A DNA stretch of 64,000 bases from a virus. Position 1 is the first letter of the stretch; each line of letters begins with the position of its first letter. The notes under the pieces are model-generated. The model did not search any database. It was not told the DNA's origin and saw only the letters and a list, made by a program, of their open reading frames with translations. Of the stretch, positions 1 to 8,221 are shown one piece after another. Made by a program: the position numbers and the translations under genes. The stretch is taken from positions 96,001 through 160,000 of the IMG/VR virus record IMGVR_UViG_3300027754_005796. The stretch is one strand, 5' to 3'.

Positions 1-317
1 TTGTTTTGAATTGATGCTGAAATCACACTTACAGTAGCTTGAAAAACATTTTTGGTGATAAAGTTGGGACTAAATACAGACAGTCCTTCATGAGCGGTCG
101 CAGCAGCATGATAGACAATATCACAATCTTTTATTGTGTTTGTCATATTTTCTAAATCACAACAATCAATGGCGTGAAACTTTACACCTTGAGGGACATT
201 GTCTACATATCCCCCGATCAAATTGTCATTGCCTACGACCTCGTGTCCCAGAGCAATCATGCGGTCGGCTAAATGACTTCCCAAGAAACCTGCTACGCCT
301 GTTATAAAAACCTTCAT
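1..317 (-). CDS. NAD-dependent epimerase/dehydratase (5' part; runs off window)
   Basis: Not in ORF track. Manual translation from ATG 317: MKVFITGVAGFLGSHLADRMIALGHEVVGNDNL..., a Rossmann GxxGxxG motif; ATGA overlap with the upstream gene's stop. Confidence 0.9.
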   Translation of the reverse strand, partial: MKVFITGVAGFLGSHLADRMIALGHEVVGNDNLIGGYVDNVPQGVKFHAIDCCDLENMTNTIKDCDIVYHAAATAHEGLSVFSPNFITKNVFQATVSVISASIQN

Positions 318-1303
318 TTAAGAAAAACCTCGTTAAACTTTTTCATCACTTTTACTGGCGTATACTCCTTGAAGCAGTTCCAGTCTTTGTTGACAATTTC
401 TTTTTTTTCTATATTCATCAAGATATTCAACAATTGTTCGTGATTATCATAGTAGATGCCTTTTTTTCCTAGCGTTAAAATGTGGTTTTTGCCCGGATGT
501 TCCCACCAAAAGTCATAAAACTTTTCCGTGTAATTGTATCTAAGAGTGTCTTTGAGGCTGTAGGTGATTACTGGTTTATTTTTGCTTGAAAACTCACCGA
601 TTGCCAAGCCGAAGGTTTCTCCCATGCTCCTTGCGTGCAGCATCACATCGCAAGTGTTGATAAAACGCACTTTTTCGTATGGATCGTAAGAGACAGGTAA
701 AAAAACTACATTAGGTTCAGAACAAAAAGGTTCTTGATTCATGAATAGGAAAAAAGCGTCTTTTCTTGTTCTGGCACATTGAATGACAGCTTTTTGGGCA
801 AACTCGATTTCAAAGTTTCTGCCACCGTACCATCCAAAAACAAATTTGTCGTGAACTTTAAAATAGTCTTTGTAATTTGCTCCATCGTTCGGCAAATTAA
901 TCATATGGGGAACAAATGGTGATTTTTGTCCATATTCACGGGACAACCATTCAGAAACATACGCATAAACATCACCATGAGGTTCATAGGAAGGAAAAAC
1001 CACATGGACGCAATTAAAGATTTTTTCTAAGACTATTCCGTCATTGAATCCGTATTTGAGCGTGTAGAAATATTGACATTCCAGTTGATTAGCAATCTTT
1101 TGAATTTCGTTCATGTTTTCCGACATCAAAGTTTCAAATCTTTTAGCAAACTTTTTGTAGTTTGTGTTTTCGCCTTTTTTACTTCCGACAATAAAAGATT
1201 GATTTTCAAGAATGGTCTCGTTGTAGTCGGCGTAGTCATAAATCGCAGAACTGGTCCCACGCTCGTTCATGTTGGGGTCATAAAACAGCACTCTCTTTGA
1301 CAT
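314..1303 (-). CDS. GT-B (GT4-like) glycosyltransferase
   Basis: ERGTSSAIYDYA N-terminus; CDVMLHARSMGETFGLAIGE EX7E-like motif. Confidence 0.8.
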   Translation of the reverse strand: MSKRVLFYDPNMNERGTSSAIYDYADYNETILENQSFIVGSKKGENTNYKKFAKRFETLMSENMNEIQKIANQLECQYFYTLKYGFNDGIVLEKIFNCVHVVFPSYEPHGDVYAYVSEWLSREYGQKSPFVPHMINLPNDGANYKDYFKVHDKFVFGWYGGRNFEIEFAQKAVIQCARTRKDAFFLFMNQEPFCSEPNVVFLPVSYDPYEKVRFINTCDVMLHARSMGETFGLAIGEFSSKNKPVITYSLKDTLRYNYTEKFYDFWWEHPGKNHILTLGKKGIYYDNHEQLLNILMNIEKKEIVNKDWNCFKEYTPVKVMKKFNEVFLK

Positions 1304-1417
1304 TTTTAGACTCTTTTGGAATTGTTTTTGCTTTAATTCAAGGCTTAGATCGATCCTTTCAAGGCGGAAAGATTATATACCTATGAACGGATTTTCTTTA
1401 TTCTATAGGAGTAAAAA

Positions 1418-2119
1418 ATGGAAAACAAAAACGAAATTGAAGCACAAGGTATGCTTATTCACAATAACCCTTTTCAACAAGTGTCAATTGGAGACACCAC
1501 GATTAACTGGGTTGCTAGTGATGGTGATCCTACCGATGTGAGCGATGCTGTGCTCCAAGGAAATCAAGGGGCCGCTTACTTTGACGATATCGATCAAGGA
1601 GTTGTTTTGACTCCTGCCGCAGATGCAAAGGCTGGTTATCTTTATTGGAATAGAGACTACGATTACACCAGAAGCATTCTAATTGCTGCCACAACCCGTG
1701 CTGGTGGTGGAGATGGTGCTGATGGCATCACCATTTTCTTTGGTGGCGATGATGTATCAAGTATTGACAGCAATGAAGGTGGCATTTCTATTTATATCGA
1801 TGAGTATAATGCCGATGTCATCAAAATATTTAAGTCAGGTTCTCTACTTAATAGTCAGAGTTACCTTGCTCTAAAAACTTTGGATGACAACACTTACAAC
1901 AATTGGGAAGTTGTTTACGAGTATAAAGACTCAGCTAGTATCATCCTTCATCTCAAGATGAATGGCAATTATGTTTTCCGTAAAAACATTGCCACATGGA
2001 CACCAAATGGAACTTTTATTGGTATTTCTGGTGTTTGTGGCAGTAATAACAATGTCCACAGCGTAAAGGCATTCCAAGTGAAAAGTGCAAATGTTTGGCT
2101 TGCTACCAACAAATATTAA
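1418..2119 (+). CDS. L-type lectin/concanavalin A-like domain protein
   Basis: VVLTPA..GYLYW, GGDGADGITIFF and FIGISGVCG motifs of the legume-lectin fold; RBS AGGAG. Confidence 0.65.
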   Translation: MENKNEIEAQGMLIHNNPFQQVSIGDTTINWVASDGDPTDVSDAVLQGNQGAAYFDDIDQGVVLTPAADAKAGYLYWNRDYDYTRSILIAATTRAGGGDGADGITIFFGGDDVSSIDSNEGGISIYIDEYNADVIKIFKSGSLLNSQSYLALKTLDDNTYNNWEVVYEYKDSASIILHLKMNGNYVFRKNIATWTPNGTFIGISGVCGSNNNVHSVKAFQVKSANVWLATNKY

Positions 2120-2140
2120 GATTTATACCAAATTACACAG

Positions 2141-2169
2141 AACCCGCTGATTAAATCGGCGGGTTTTTT
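2141..2169 (+). terminator. Intrinsic terminator
   Basis: AACCCGCTGA-TTAAA-TCGGCGGGTT followed by a T-run. Confidence 0.8.
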
Positions 2170-2181
2170 CGTAGATATTTC

Positions 2182-2286
2182 AGAGCATTCGTGCTTCGAC
2201 ACGCCAAAGACAACCAGAGAAGTTAAGGACGACAAACCCTAAGTTGCGAGGAGCTTCGGCTCATTGCAATCTGGTCGAGGCGGTCC
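2182..2286 (+). ncRNA. Candidate structured RNA A
   Basis: Two UUCG-capped hairpins, long-range stems GAC(A)CGCC/GGCGGTC and ACCAGA/TCTGGT, 3' T-run; no ORF. Confidence 0.5.
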
Positions 2287-2307
2287 ATTTTTTTTCGATA
2301 TAAGTTA

Positions 2308-2429
2308 CTCTGTTATCACAAGGTCGGTCAGGTAATGGATGGCGTTTTTATCGTTTCCTGCCACGGTATCTGTTTAACACTCAGGCGAAGATTAACGATG
2401 TCAGCCGGTGTACGACCTCTTTAACAGAG
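2308..2429 (+). ncRNA. Candidate structured RNA B (or structured leader)
   Basis: Closing stems CTCTGTTA/TAACAGAG and AGGTCG/CGACCT enclose two hairpins; ends 6 nt before ATG 2436. Confidence 0.5.
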
Positions 2430-2435
2430 ACATTT

Positions 2436-3131
2436 ATGATAGACATCGATTATTGGTTGAAACAGCAAATTGATGCTAATGGCGATATTTCTCAACATTT
2501 GTTGACACTTAAAAAATATGCGGAGAAATGCGATACTGTTACAGAGCTAGGTTGTAGATTTGGTTCAAGTACGGTGGCTTTTTTATCGGCCAAACCCAAA
2601 AGACTGCATAGTTTTGATCTTTTTCATTTTGCCAAACTCGTAAATCCCGTACCACCCATTGAGGAGGCAGCGGAGCAAGAGGGGATAGAATATAGATTTT
2701 ACGAGGAAAATGTTTTAATTAGTCAAAACATAGTTGATACCGATCTTTTATTTATTGACACTCTTCATACCTATAAGCAGTTGAGCATGGAATTTTTTTT
2801 GCACGCACACAAAGCAAAAAAATATATAATATTACATGATGTTTTTTTATTCGGACACAGTAATCAATTTTTTCTTGAGCATGAAAGTTTTTTTGAGAAT
2901 AAACTTGTTGATAACCACGAGTGTTTGAGTGGCGTTGCAGAGTCTTTTTCTAAAAATCTTCAGGATCGCCAAGGACTCATGCCAGCGATTCATGAATTTC
3001 TGGCATCACACCCTGAATGGAAAATGATTGACTTGAATGTGTTTAACAATGGATTGATGGTTTTGGGTCGTCGTGGCCACACCGATGTTTATCACGGTTT
3101 TTCAAATGATTTTTTGGAAGTCAACAAATGA
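2436..3131 (+). CDS. Class I SAM-dependent methyltransferase-like protein (Methyltransf_24-like)
   Basis: VTELGCRFGSS, DLLFIDTLHTY and IILHD motifs. Confidence 0.75.
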   Translation: MIDIDYWLKQQIDANGDISQHLLTLKKYAEKCDTVTELGCRFGSSTVAFLSAKPKRLHSFDLFHFAKLVNPVPPIEEAAEQEGIEYRFYEENVLISQNIVDTDLLFIDTLHTYKQLSMEFFLHAHKAKKYIILHDVFLFGHSNQFFLEHESFFENKLVDNHECLSGVAESFSKNLQDRQGLMPAIHEFLASHPEWKMIDLNVFNNGLMVLGRRGHTDVYHGFSNDFLEVNK

Positions 3132-3793
3132 TCGATGTCATAGTTTTAACTTATACCAAAAACTTGCACTTTTATGGTTTAACTTGCAGGACTATCAACA
3201 GTCTTCTTGCAAACAATCAACTTGATTTCAATATCATTGTTGTGGAAACAAATAAAACTGATACAACATATCCTTACCCTAATTGCACAGTTTTAGTTCC
3301 TACTGAAGAATTTAACTACAATAAGTTTTTGAATATTGCTTTACAATTTTGCAAAAATAAGTATGTTTTGATTTGCAACAATGATTTATATTTCGCTCAG
3401 AATTCCGTGAAAAATCTGATTGATGCTATGGAATTATACGATGTGCCCTCTGCATCTCCTCACGAACCCAATTGGCACGCATCAAGATTAACTGAGGAGG
3501 AAAAATCAAAAGAAATTGTTTATGGTTTTGAGGTTGAGAAAATTGTTACTGGTTGGTGCATCTGTATGCGCCGTGACCTGTTGCAAACAATTGGTTCTTT
3601 TGATGAATCATTTAAATTTTGGTATCAAGACGATGATTATGCGATGAGTTTGCAAAAACATGGACTGAAACACATCTTGGTAAATTCTTCGCATGTCTAT
3701 CATGAACTTTCTCAATCACATGGATTGATTGAAAACAAAGATGGGATGACCCACAATTTGAAAAAAATCTTTTTTGAAAAATGGCTCCAATAA
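3128..3793 (+). CDS. GT2 glycosyltransferase
   Basis: IDVIVLTY, FNYNKFLN, ICNND and FDESFKFWYQDDDY motifs. Confidence 0.85.
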   Translation: MIDVIVLTYTKNLHFYGLTCRTINSLLANNQLDFNIIVVETNKTDTTYPYPNCTVLVPTEEFNYNKFLNIALQFCKNKYVLICNNDLYFAQNSVKNLIDAMELYDVPSASPHEPNWHASRLTEEEKSKEIVYGFEVEKIVTGWCICMRRDLLQTIGSFDESFKFWYQDDDYAMSLQKHGLKHILVNSSHVYHELSQSHGLIENKDGMTHNLKKIFFEKWLQ

Positions 3794-3805
3794 CTCTGCT
3801 ACTGC

Positions 3806-4147
3806 ATGGTAAAGATTTGCCGTGCTTGCAAGGAAGAAAAAGGCATCGAGGAATTTCCACGCTTCTCAACTAGTGAGGCGGGCAGAAAGAATACTTGTAA
3901 AACTTGCACCAATCGATTGTCGGCTCTCAGGGCGCAACTCAAAAATCAAAATCCAGCACCTGAAGCAGGACCTTGTCCTATTTGCAAAAACTATACTGAG
4001 AACTGGATTTTAGACCATTGCCATTTTACGGATTGTTTCAGAGGATATATTTGCAATAGTTGTAATTTGGCTATAGGAAGATTCAATGATGATATAGAGA
4101 TTCTTGAAAATGCTATAAATTATCTTAAAATAAATTTAGTTTCTTGA
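3806..4147 (+). CDS. Endonuclease VII-like HNH nuclease
   Basis: CPIC...LDHCH...RGYICNSCNLAIGRFND. Confidence 0.85.
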   Translation: MVKICRACKEEKGIEEFPRFSTSEAGRKNTCKTCTNRLSALRAQLKNQNPAPEAGPCPICKNYTENWILDHCHFTDCFRGYICNSCNLAIGRFNDDIEILENAINYLKINLVS

Positions 4148-4247
4148 GCAAGTTTTTTGGGTTATGGGAACAATCCCAATTTGAGTAAACATTCGACTGA
4201 ATTCATGTCATCTTATCTTGGAGTCATTCATCGCCAAGGAGTTTACA

Positions 4248-4556
4248 ATGAGTGCGGCAACTGTTGAAGAAACATCGACTACTACCAAGAAGCAGCCCCC
4301 ATATAATGTTGTTTTGCTCAATGATGATGATCATTCGGTAAAGTATGTAGTTAATATGTGCAGCAAGGTCTTCGGCTTTAATGAAAAGCGGGGCATCGAT
4401 GTTGCGACTGAAGTTCATTTTACAGGCAGATGTATTCTGTTCACGGGAAGTTTAGAAGTAGCAGAATTAAAACAAGAACAGGTGCACTCTTTTGGGGTAG
4501 ATCCCCTTGTTCCTAATTGCAAGGGCGGTATGACGGCAATAATTGAACAGGTATAA
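4248..4556 (+). CDS. clpS: ATP-dependent Clp protease adaptor ClpS
   Basis: PPYNVVLLNDDDH, EVHFTGR and LEVAELK motifs; RBS AAGGAG before ATG 4248. Confidence 0.9.
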   Translation: MSAATVEETSTTTKKQPPYNVVLLNDDDHSVKYVVNMCSKVFGFNEKRGIDVATEVHFTGRCILFTGSLEVAELKQEQVHSFGVDPLVPNCKGGMTAIIEQV

Positions 4557-4560
4557 AAAA

Positions 4561-5334
4561 ATGGACCGCAACAAGTTTTTATCGCAAACCACAAACATAG
4601 GAGTTGATACTTACCAAAACAGGTCGAATCTTCTTGATCGTTTCGATTTTGTGCATAGCGAAGAGAGTGGCATTCGTTGCGAACATAGTTTTGCAGATGC
4701 GTATTACATGGCAGATTACATACTGAAAAATCAGTTCTTGCCCGGAAATCTTGCTGAGTTTGGTTGTTTCCAAGGTGGCATGACGATCAAACTCAGCCAT
4801 GTCGCTAAGCTTCTTGGCAAGAAGCTTTTTGTGTTTGATACATTCGAGGGATTGCCAGATTCGGCAGACTATGAACTGCATGACGGTGAAAACCTTTACC
4901 GTAGCGATGGAACCAAAGGATCAGAATTTTATAAAAACCAGTTCGCTTGTTCTCTCGACCAAGTCAAATCTAATATATCCACACATGGTTGTATAGATTC
5001 TTGCGTTTTCCTTAAAGGGTTGCTGGAGGAAACTCTTCCTCTTTTTCACGCAGAACTTTGTTTTGTTTTTATAGATGTCGATTTAATTGAGCCTGCAAGA
5101 TTCGTTGTGAAGCAACTTTGGAATAAAATGACTGGTCATGGCATTTTCACACATGAGGCATGTGTGGTTGAGTATATGAGGGCTATTTGTTGCAAAAAAT
5201 GGTGGCGTGAGAACTTTAGTCAGTATCCACCTAGTCTTGCAAGTCAAAAAATGCAGTATGGCTACGGTTTATTCAGTTCGCATTGCTTAGATTTTCTATT
5301 TAAAAAAGAAATAGATCAAGGAGTTTTTCATTGA
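4561..5334 (+). CDS. TylF/MycF-family sugar O-methyltransferase
   Basis: GNLAEFGCFQGG, FDTFEGLP, KGLLEETLP and FIDVDL motifs. Confidence 0.8.
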   Translation: MDRNKFLSQTTNIGVDTYQNRSNLLDRFDFVHSEESGIRCEHSFADAYYMADYILKNQFLPGNLAEFGCFQGGMTIKLSHVAKLLGKKLFVFDTFEGLPDSADYELHDGENLYRSDGTKGSEFYKNQFACSLDQVKSNISTHGCIDSCVFLKGLLEETLPLFHAELCFVFIDVDLIEPARFVVKQLWNKMTGHGIFTHEACVVEYMRAICCKKWWRENFSQYPPSLASQKMQYGYGLFSSHCLDFLFKKEIDQGVFH

Positions 5335-6041
5335 TTAATCTCAGTTTGTCAAAGCAGCTAAAGACTCAATATACAAATGGTATCCCATTTCCTAATATTG
5401 TTATTGATAACTTTATCAATGATGATATTTTTTTGAGTAATGTTCTTGAGGATATCAAGAATTACGAAGGATGGGGTTATGATCATCTTACGGGAAAGCA
5501 TCAAGTCAACAAGTTCTTTAGTCCTTGGTGTTTGGATAATATCAAAAACATGCCAGCATCTGTTCTGAGCGTGTTGGAATATTTTAATTCTTATGAATTT
5601 TTGATGTTTCTTGAAGAATTAACAGGAATCCCCAACCTAATTGCCGATCCCACTTATGCAGGTGGAGGAATTCACAAAATTCTTCGTGATGGCAAATTAA
5701 GCGTCCATGCTGATTATTCACTTCACCCAGATTTTCCACATCTTCACAGAAGACTGAACTTATTGATTTATTTGAATAAAAATTGGGAAAAGGAATGGGG
5801 TGGTTCATTGCAGCTTTATGACATGCCCACTAAAAGTTTATTTCATGATATTTTACCCGTTTTTAATCGTGCTGTTATTTTTTCAACAACTACAGATGCT
5901 CTTCACGGACATCCTCATGCTTTAGCTTGCCCAGAGGATGAAGCCCGCTATTCTTTTGCCTTGTATTATTTCACATTGGAAAAGCCCGAGAAGGGGGCAG
6001 GTACTAATCTTTCGGCAACTTGGTATGAAATAAATTCCTAA
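5331..6041 (+). CDS. 2OG-Fe(II) oxygenase
   Basis: GGGIH..LSVHAD, RRLNLLIYLN..W..EWGG, HGHP and RYSFALYY motifs. Confidence 0.9.
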   Translation: MINLSLSKQLKTQYTNGIPFPNIVIDNFINDDIFLSNVLEDIKNYEGWGYDHLTGKHQVNKFFSPWCLDNIKNMPASVLSVLEYFNSYEFLMFLEELTGIPNLIADPTYAGGGIHKILRDGKLSVHADYSLHPDFPHLHRRLNLLIYLNKNWEKEWGGSLQLYDMPTKSLFHDILPVFNRAVIFSTTTDALHGHPHALACPEDEARYSFALYYFTLEKPEKGAGTNLSATWYEINS

Positions 6042-6072
6042 ATGTCACGATTCTGTGTCATTTCCTATGAGA

Positions 6073-6270
6073 TCAAGTAGTATTTGCATTGCCACCATAT
6101 GGATCGGCGGGTTCGTGATGCTCAAGAATAATCGACCACTCTTCGACCACTCTCTTGCCTTTTTTGTAAAGGGCTGGATATGCTGACCCGTCTGTGTTTT
6201 CTACCCAGCGAATGCATATGTTTGCATCAATTTTTGTTTTTATTCCATTGATCAAAAGTTGATTTTTCAT
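6073..6270 (-). CDS. Hypothetical protein
   Basis: 65-aa ORF filling the intergenic gap. Confidence 0.45.
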   Translation of the reverse strand: MKNQLLINGIKTKIDANICIRWVENTDGSAYPALYKKGKRVVEEWSIILEHHEPADPYGGNANTT

Positions 6271-6380
6271 TTTGAGATTTTAAATTAAATTACCCGAAAT
6301 TTGCTTTAGTCACTTTGGCATTATGCACATATTATAGCATCAAAAATATTTTTTGGTAGGACAATAATACATATAATAGT

Positions 6381-7148
6381 ATGTCCTACTATTGGTGTCT
6401 CATGTATAGAAGTAAAATCTGGTCTATTCCAACCGAAAAATTCAATGAACTTGTTTCAAACTCCACATCTATTGGTCAAATATTAAAGCATTTTGGACTT
6501 AGCAATAAAGGTGGGAATAGCAAGACGGTTCAGAGAAGGGCGCAAATTGAAAATATTGACATCTCACATATAAAGCTAGGTATTAATTCAAACAAAGGAA
6601 GAGTTTTTGGTCATAGAAAAAACCATGATGAAATTTTCAAGGAAAATTCGTCTACTTCAAGAGGAAGTATAAAAGCAAAATTAATAAAATATAACTTGAT
6701 ACCATATGTTTGTAAAATTTGTGGACTTGGAGATAAATGGAATGGTAAAGATATTGCATTACAACTAGATCATGAAAATGGAATTCCAAATGACAACAGA
6801 ATAAAAAATTTAAGGTTTTTGTGTCCTAATTGCCATAGTCAAACTGAAACATTTTCCGGCAAAAGAAATCATGAGTTTATCATTCGTAAAAACAAAGAAT
6901 TGTTAAACCTCAATTGTCAGTATTGCAATATTGTTTTTAAAACATCAAATAATAAGAAAAAATATTGTAGTAAAAGTTGTGTTTCAAAAAAAAGAAAAAA
7001 TAATATTTGTTTAGATAAAAAAACACTAGAGAAAGAAGTTGAGGTGTGCTCAAATATAAAAATTGGAGAAAAATATGGGGTTTCTGAAGCTACTGTAAGA
7101 AATTGGTTAAAGAAATTTGATATTGATCGTAAACAAAAAATTAAATAA
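6381..7148 (+). CDS. HNH homing-type endonuclease with C-terminal HTH
   Basis: CKICG..LQLDHENG..DNRIKNLRFLCPNCHSQT; C-terminal IGEKYGVSEATVRNWLKK HTH. Confidence 0.9.
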   Translation: MSYYWCLMYRSKIWSIPTEKFNELVSNSTSIGQILKHFGLSNKGGNSKTVQRRAQIENIDISHIKLGINSNKGRVFGHRKNHDEIFKENSSTSRGSIKAKLIKYNLIPYVCKICGLGDKWNGKDIALQLDHENGIPNDNRIKNLRFLCPNCHSQTETFSGKRNHEFIIRKNKELLNLNCQYCNIVFKTSNNKKKYCSKSCVSKKRKNNICLDKKTLEKEVEVCSNIKIGEKYGVSEATVRNWLKKFDIDRKQKIK

Positions 7149-7152
7149 GAAA

Positions 7153-7296
7153 ATGCCCGAACAGGACTCGAACCTGTACAAAGAGTGCCATTCCGGGCTA
7201 AAGGAATCGAACCTTTATTTCTTGCTTAGAGCAGGCGTTTTGACCGCTTTAAACTAAGCCCGTAAAACTCTTGTGCTACCATTACACTATCGGGCA
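7153..7296 (-). tRNA. tRNA-Gln(TTG) interrupted in the anticodon by a 73-nt insert
   Basis: 5' half TGCCCGATAGTGTAATGGTAGCACAAGAGTTTT (7296-7264); 3' half TGGCACTCTTTGTACAGGTTCGAGTCCTGTTCGGGCA (7190-7154). Joined, they give a canonical cloverleaf with loop TT-TTG-GC; no encoded CCA. Confidence 0.8.
7191..7263 (-). tRNA. Nested tRNA-like element (CTA in anticodon loop; shortened anticodon arm)
   Basis: A-CGGGCT TA GTTT-AAAGCGGTCA-AAAC G CCTG-CTCTAAG-CAAG AAAT AAAGG-TTCGATT-CCTTT AGCCCG-GAA. Confidence 0.7.
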
Positions 7297-7319
7297 GTCA
7301 TTAAATTGTAAGCGTTAGC

Positions 7320-7348
7320 TTGACAAATTATCAACAGTAATTTATACT
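7320..7348 (+). promoter_or_regulatory. Sigma-70 promoter for tRNA-Arg
   Basis: TTGACA (7320-7325), 17-nt spacer, TATACT (7343-7348). Confidence 0.8.
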
Positions 7349-7362
7349 TTTTTTTGTTAGCT

Positions 7363-7444
7363 GTCGCTGACTCAGAATTGGATACTGAACTGGTCTTCTA
7401 AACCAGCGGTGAAAACCATGTGGGTTCGAGTCCCACCAGCGACA
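7363..7444 (+). tRNA. tRNA-Arg(TCT) with long variable arm
   Basis: GTCGCTG/CAGCGAC acceptor, TCAG/CTGA D-stem, CTGGT-CTTCTAA-ACCAG anticodon arm, GGT-GAAA-ACC variable hairpin, GTGGG-TTCGAGT-CCCAC T-arm. Confidence 0.85.
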
Positions 7445-7660
7445 TTATTCAATGATTCCATAGTGTTTAGCCCACTTGCGAATTGCGTTATCAGAAACAT
7501 CGTACATTTTTGCAATTTGCGTGTATGCAGTAGTGGCTATAAGTTGTTCAAGTTCATTTTTTGTAGGCAGGTTCGGAATTTTGCTCTTGCACTTTTTGCG
7601 AGAAATGTCAAAGTAACGCCTGTCACAGCAGGAGTTAGTCATGTCCGAAGAGCAAATCAA
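7445..7660 (-). pseudogene. Isolated HTH resembling the C-terminus of the HNH nuclease at 6381 (probable remnant)
   Basis: PTKNELEQLI..YTQIAKMYDVSDNAIRKWAKHYGI vs KTLEKEV..NIKIGEKYGVSEATVRNWLKKFDI. Confidence 0.55.
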
Positions 7661-7901
7661 ATTAAAGGCTGTTTGTCAATTTGCTCAAAGGAAAGATTAT
7701 TCAACGCTTTTGCGTCGAATAGATTCTCATGGGGCACATGCAGACGATCCTAGCTATGTGTATTGCGACTTTTGCGGTACTCCCACCGAAGCTCTGACTG
7801 CGGATTCGGTTTTTAAGACTCATTCTGTGTGCAGTCAATGCTCTGGTTTGCAGGAAAAAGGTTGGTTGGAAGATGCAATTGCTCACCACGAGGGACTGTG
7901 A
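7641..7901 (+). CDS. Small Zn-finger hypothetical protein
   Basis: CDFC...CSQC; RBS AGGAG. Confidence 0.6.
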   Translation: MSEEQIKLKAVCQFAQRKDYSTLLRRIDSHGAHADDPSYVYCDFCGTPTEALTADSVFKTHSVCSQCSGLQEKGWLEDAIAHHEGL

Positions 7902-8137
7902 TGGCTGACGCAAATAAAATTCAACAACAAGCTTTCTATATTATTGGAATCGTGACGCTCCTTCTTGTTATAATGGTGCTGGCTTGGCCTATTCAGTTTT
8001 TGTGGAATTCTGTATTGATCAGCGCATTGTCTTGTTGCCGAGAAATTACCTACTGGCAAGCTGTGGGATTTGAGGTTTTTGTATTCATTTTGGGCCGTAT
8101 TTTTAATATGAATGCAAATATTCCGAAAAATGATTGA
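7901..8137 (+). CDS. Small membrane protein
   Basis: Two hydrophobic segments, ITYWQA motif; start overlaps the previous stop. Confidence 0.6.
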   Translation: MADANKIQQQAFYIIGIVTLLLVIMVLAWPIQFLWNSVLISALSCCREITYWQAVGFEVFVFILGRIFNMNANIPKND

Positions 8138-8221
8138 TATTTCGTTGGTGGCATGCTTTCTGACCGAAAATAATTTTTAAATACTGTCCATGAAAAACTC
8201 TGCAATTTTCTATATAATTTA

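Noticed and set aside
2182-2429. tmRNA, SRP RNA or RNase P RNA
   Set aside because: No alanyl tRNA-like ends or tag frame, no SRP helix-8 consensus, and too short for RNase P.
7191-7263. Genome-wide TAG recoding implied by the CTA tRNA-like element
   Set aside because: Long genes are intact in code 11, and TAG ends several genes at sensible places (18547, 23670, 41485).
7363-7444. tRNA-Sec (possible 8/5 fold, long arm, anticodon one base from TCA)
   Set aside because: The anticodon is TCT, there is no G73, and the D-arm is not the 6-bp stem/4-nt loop type; Arg determinants are present.
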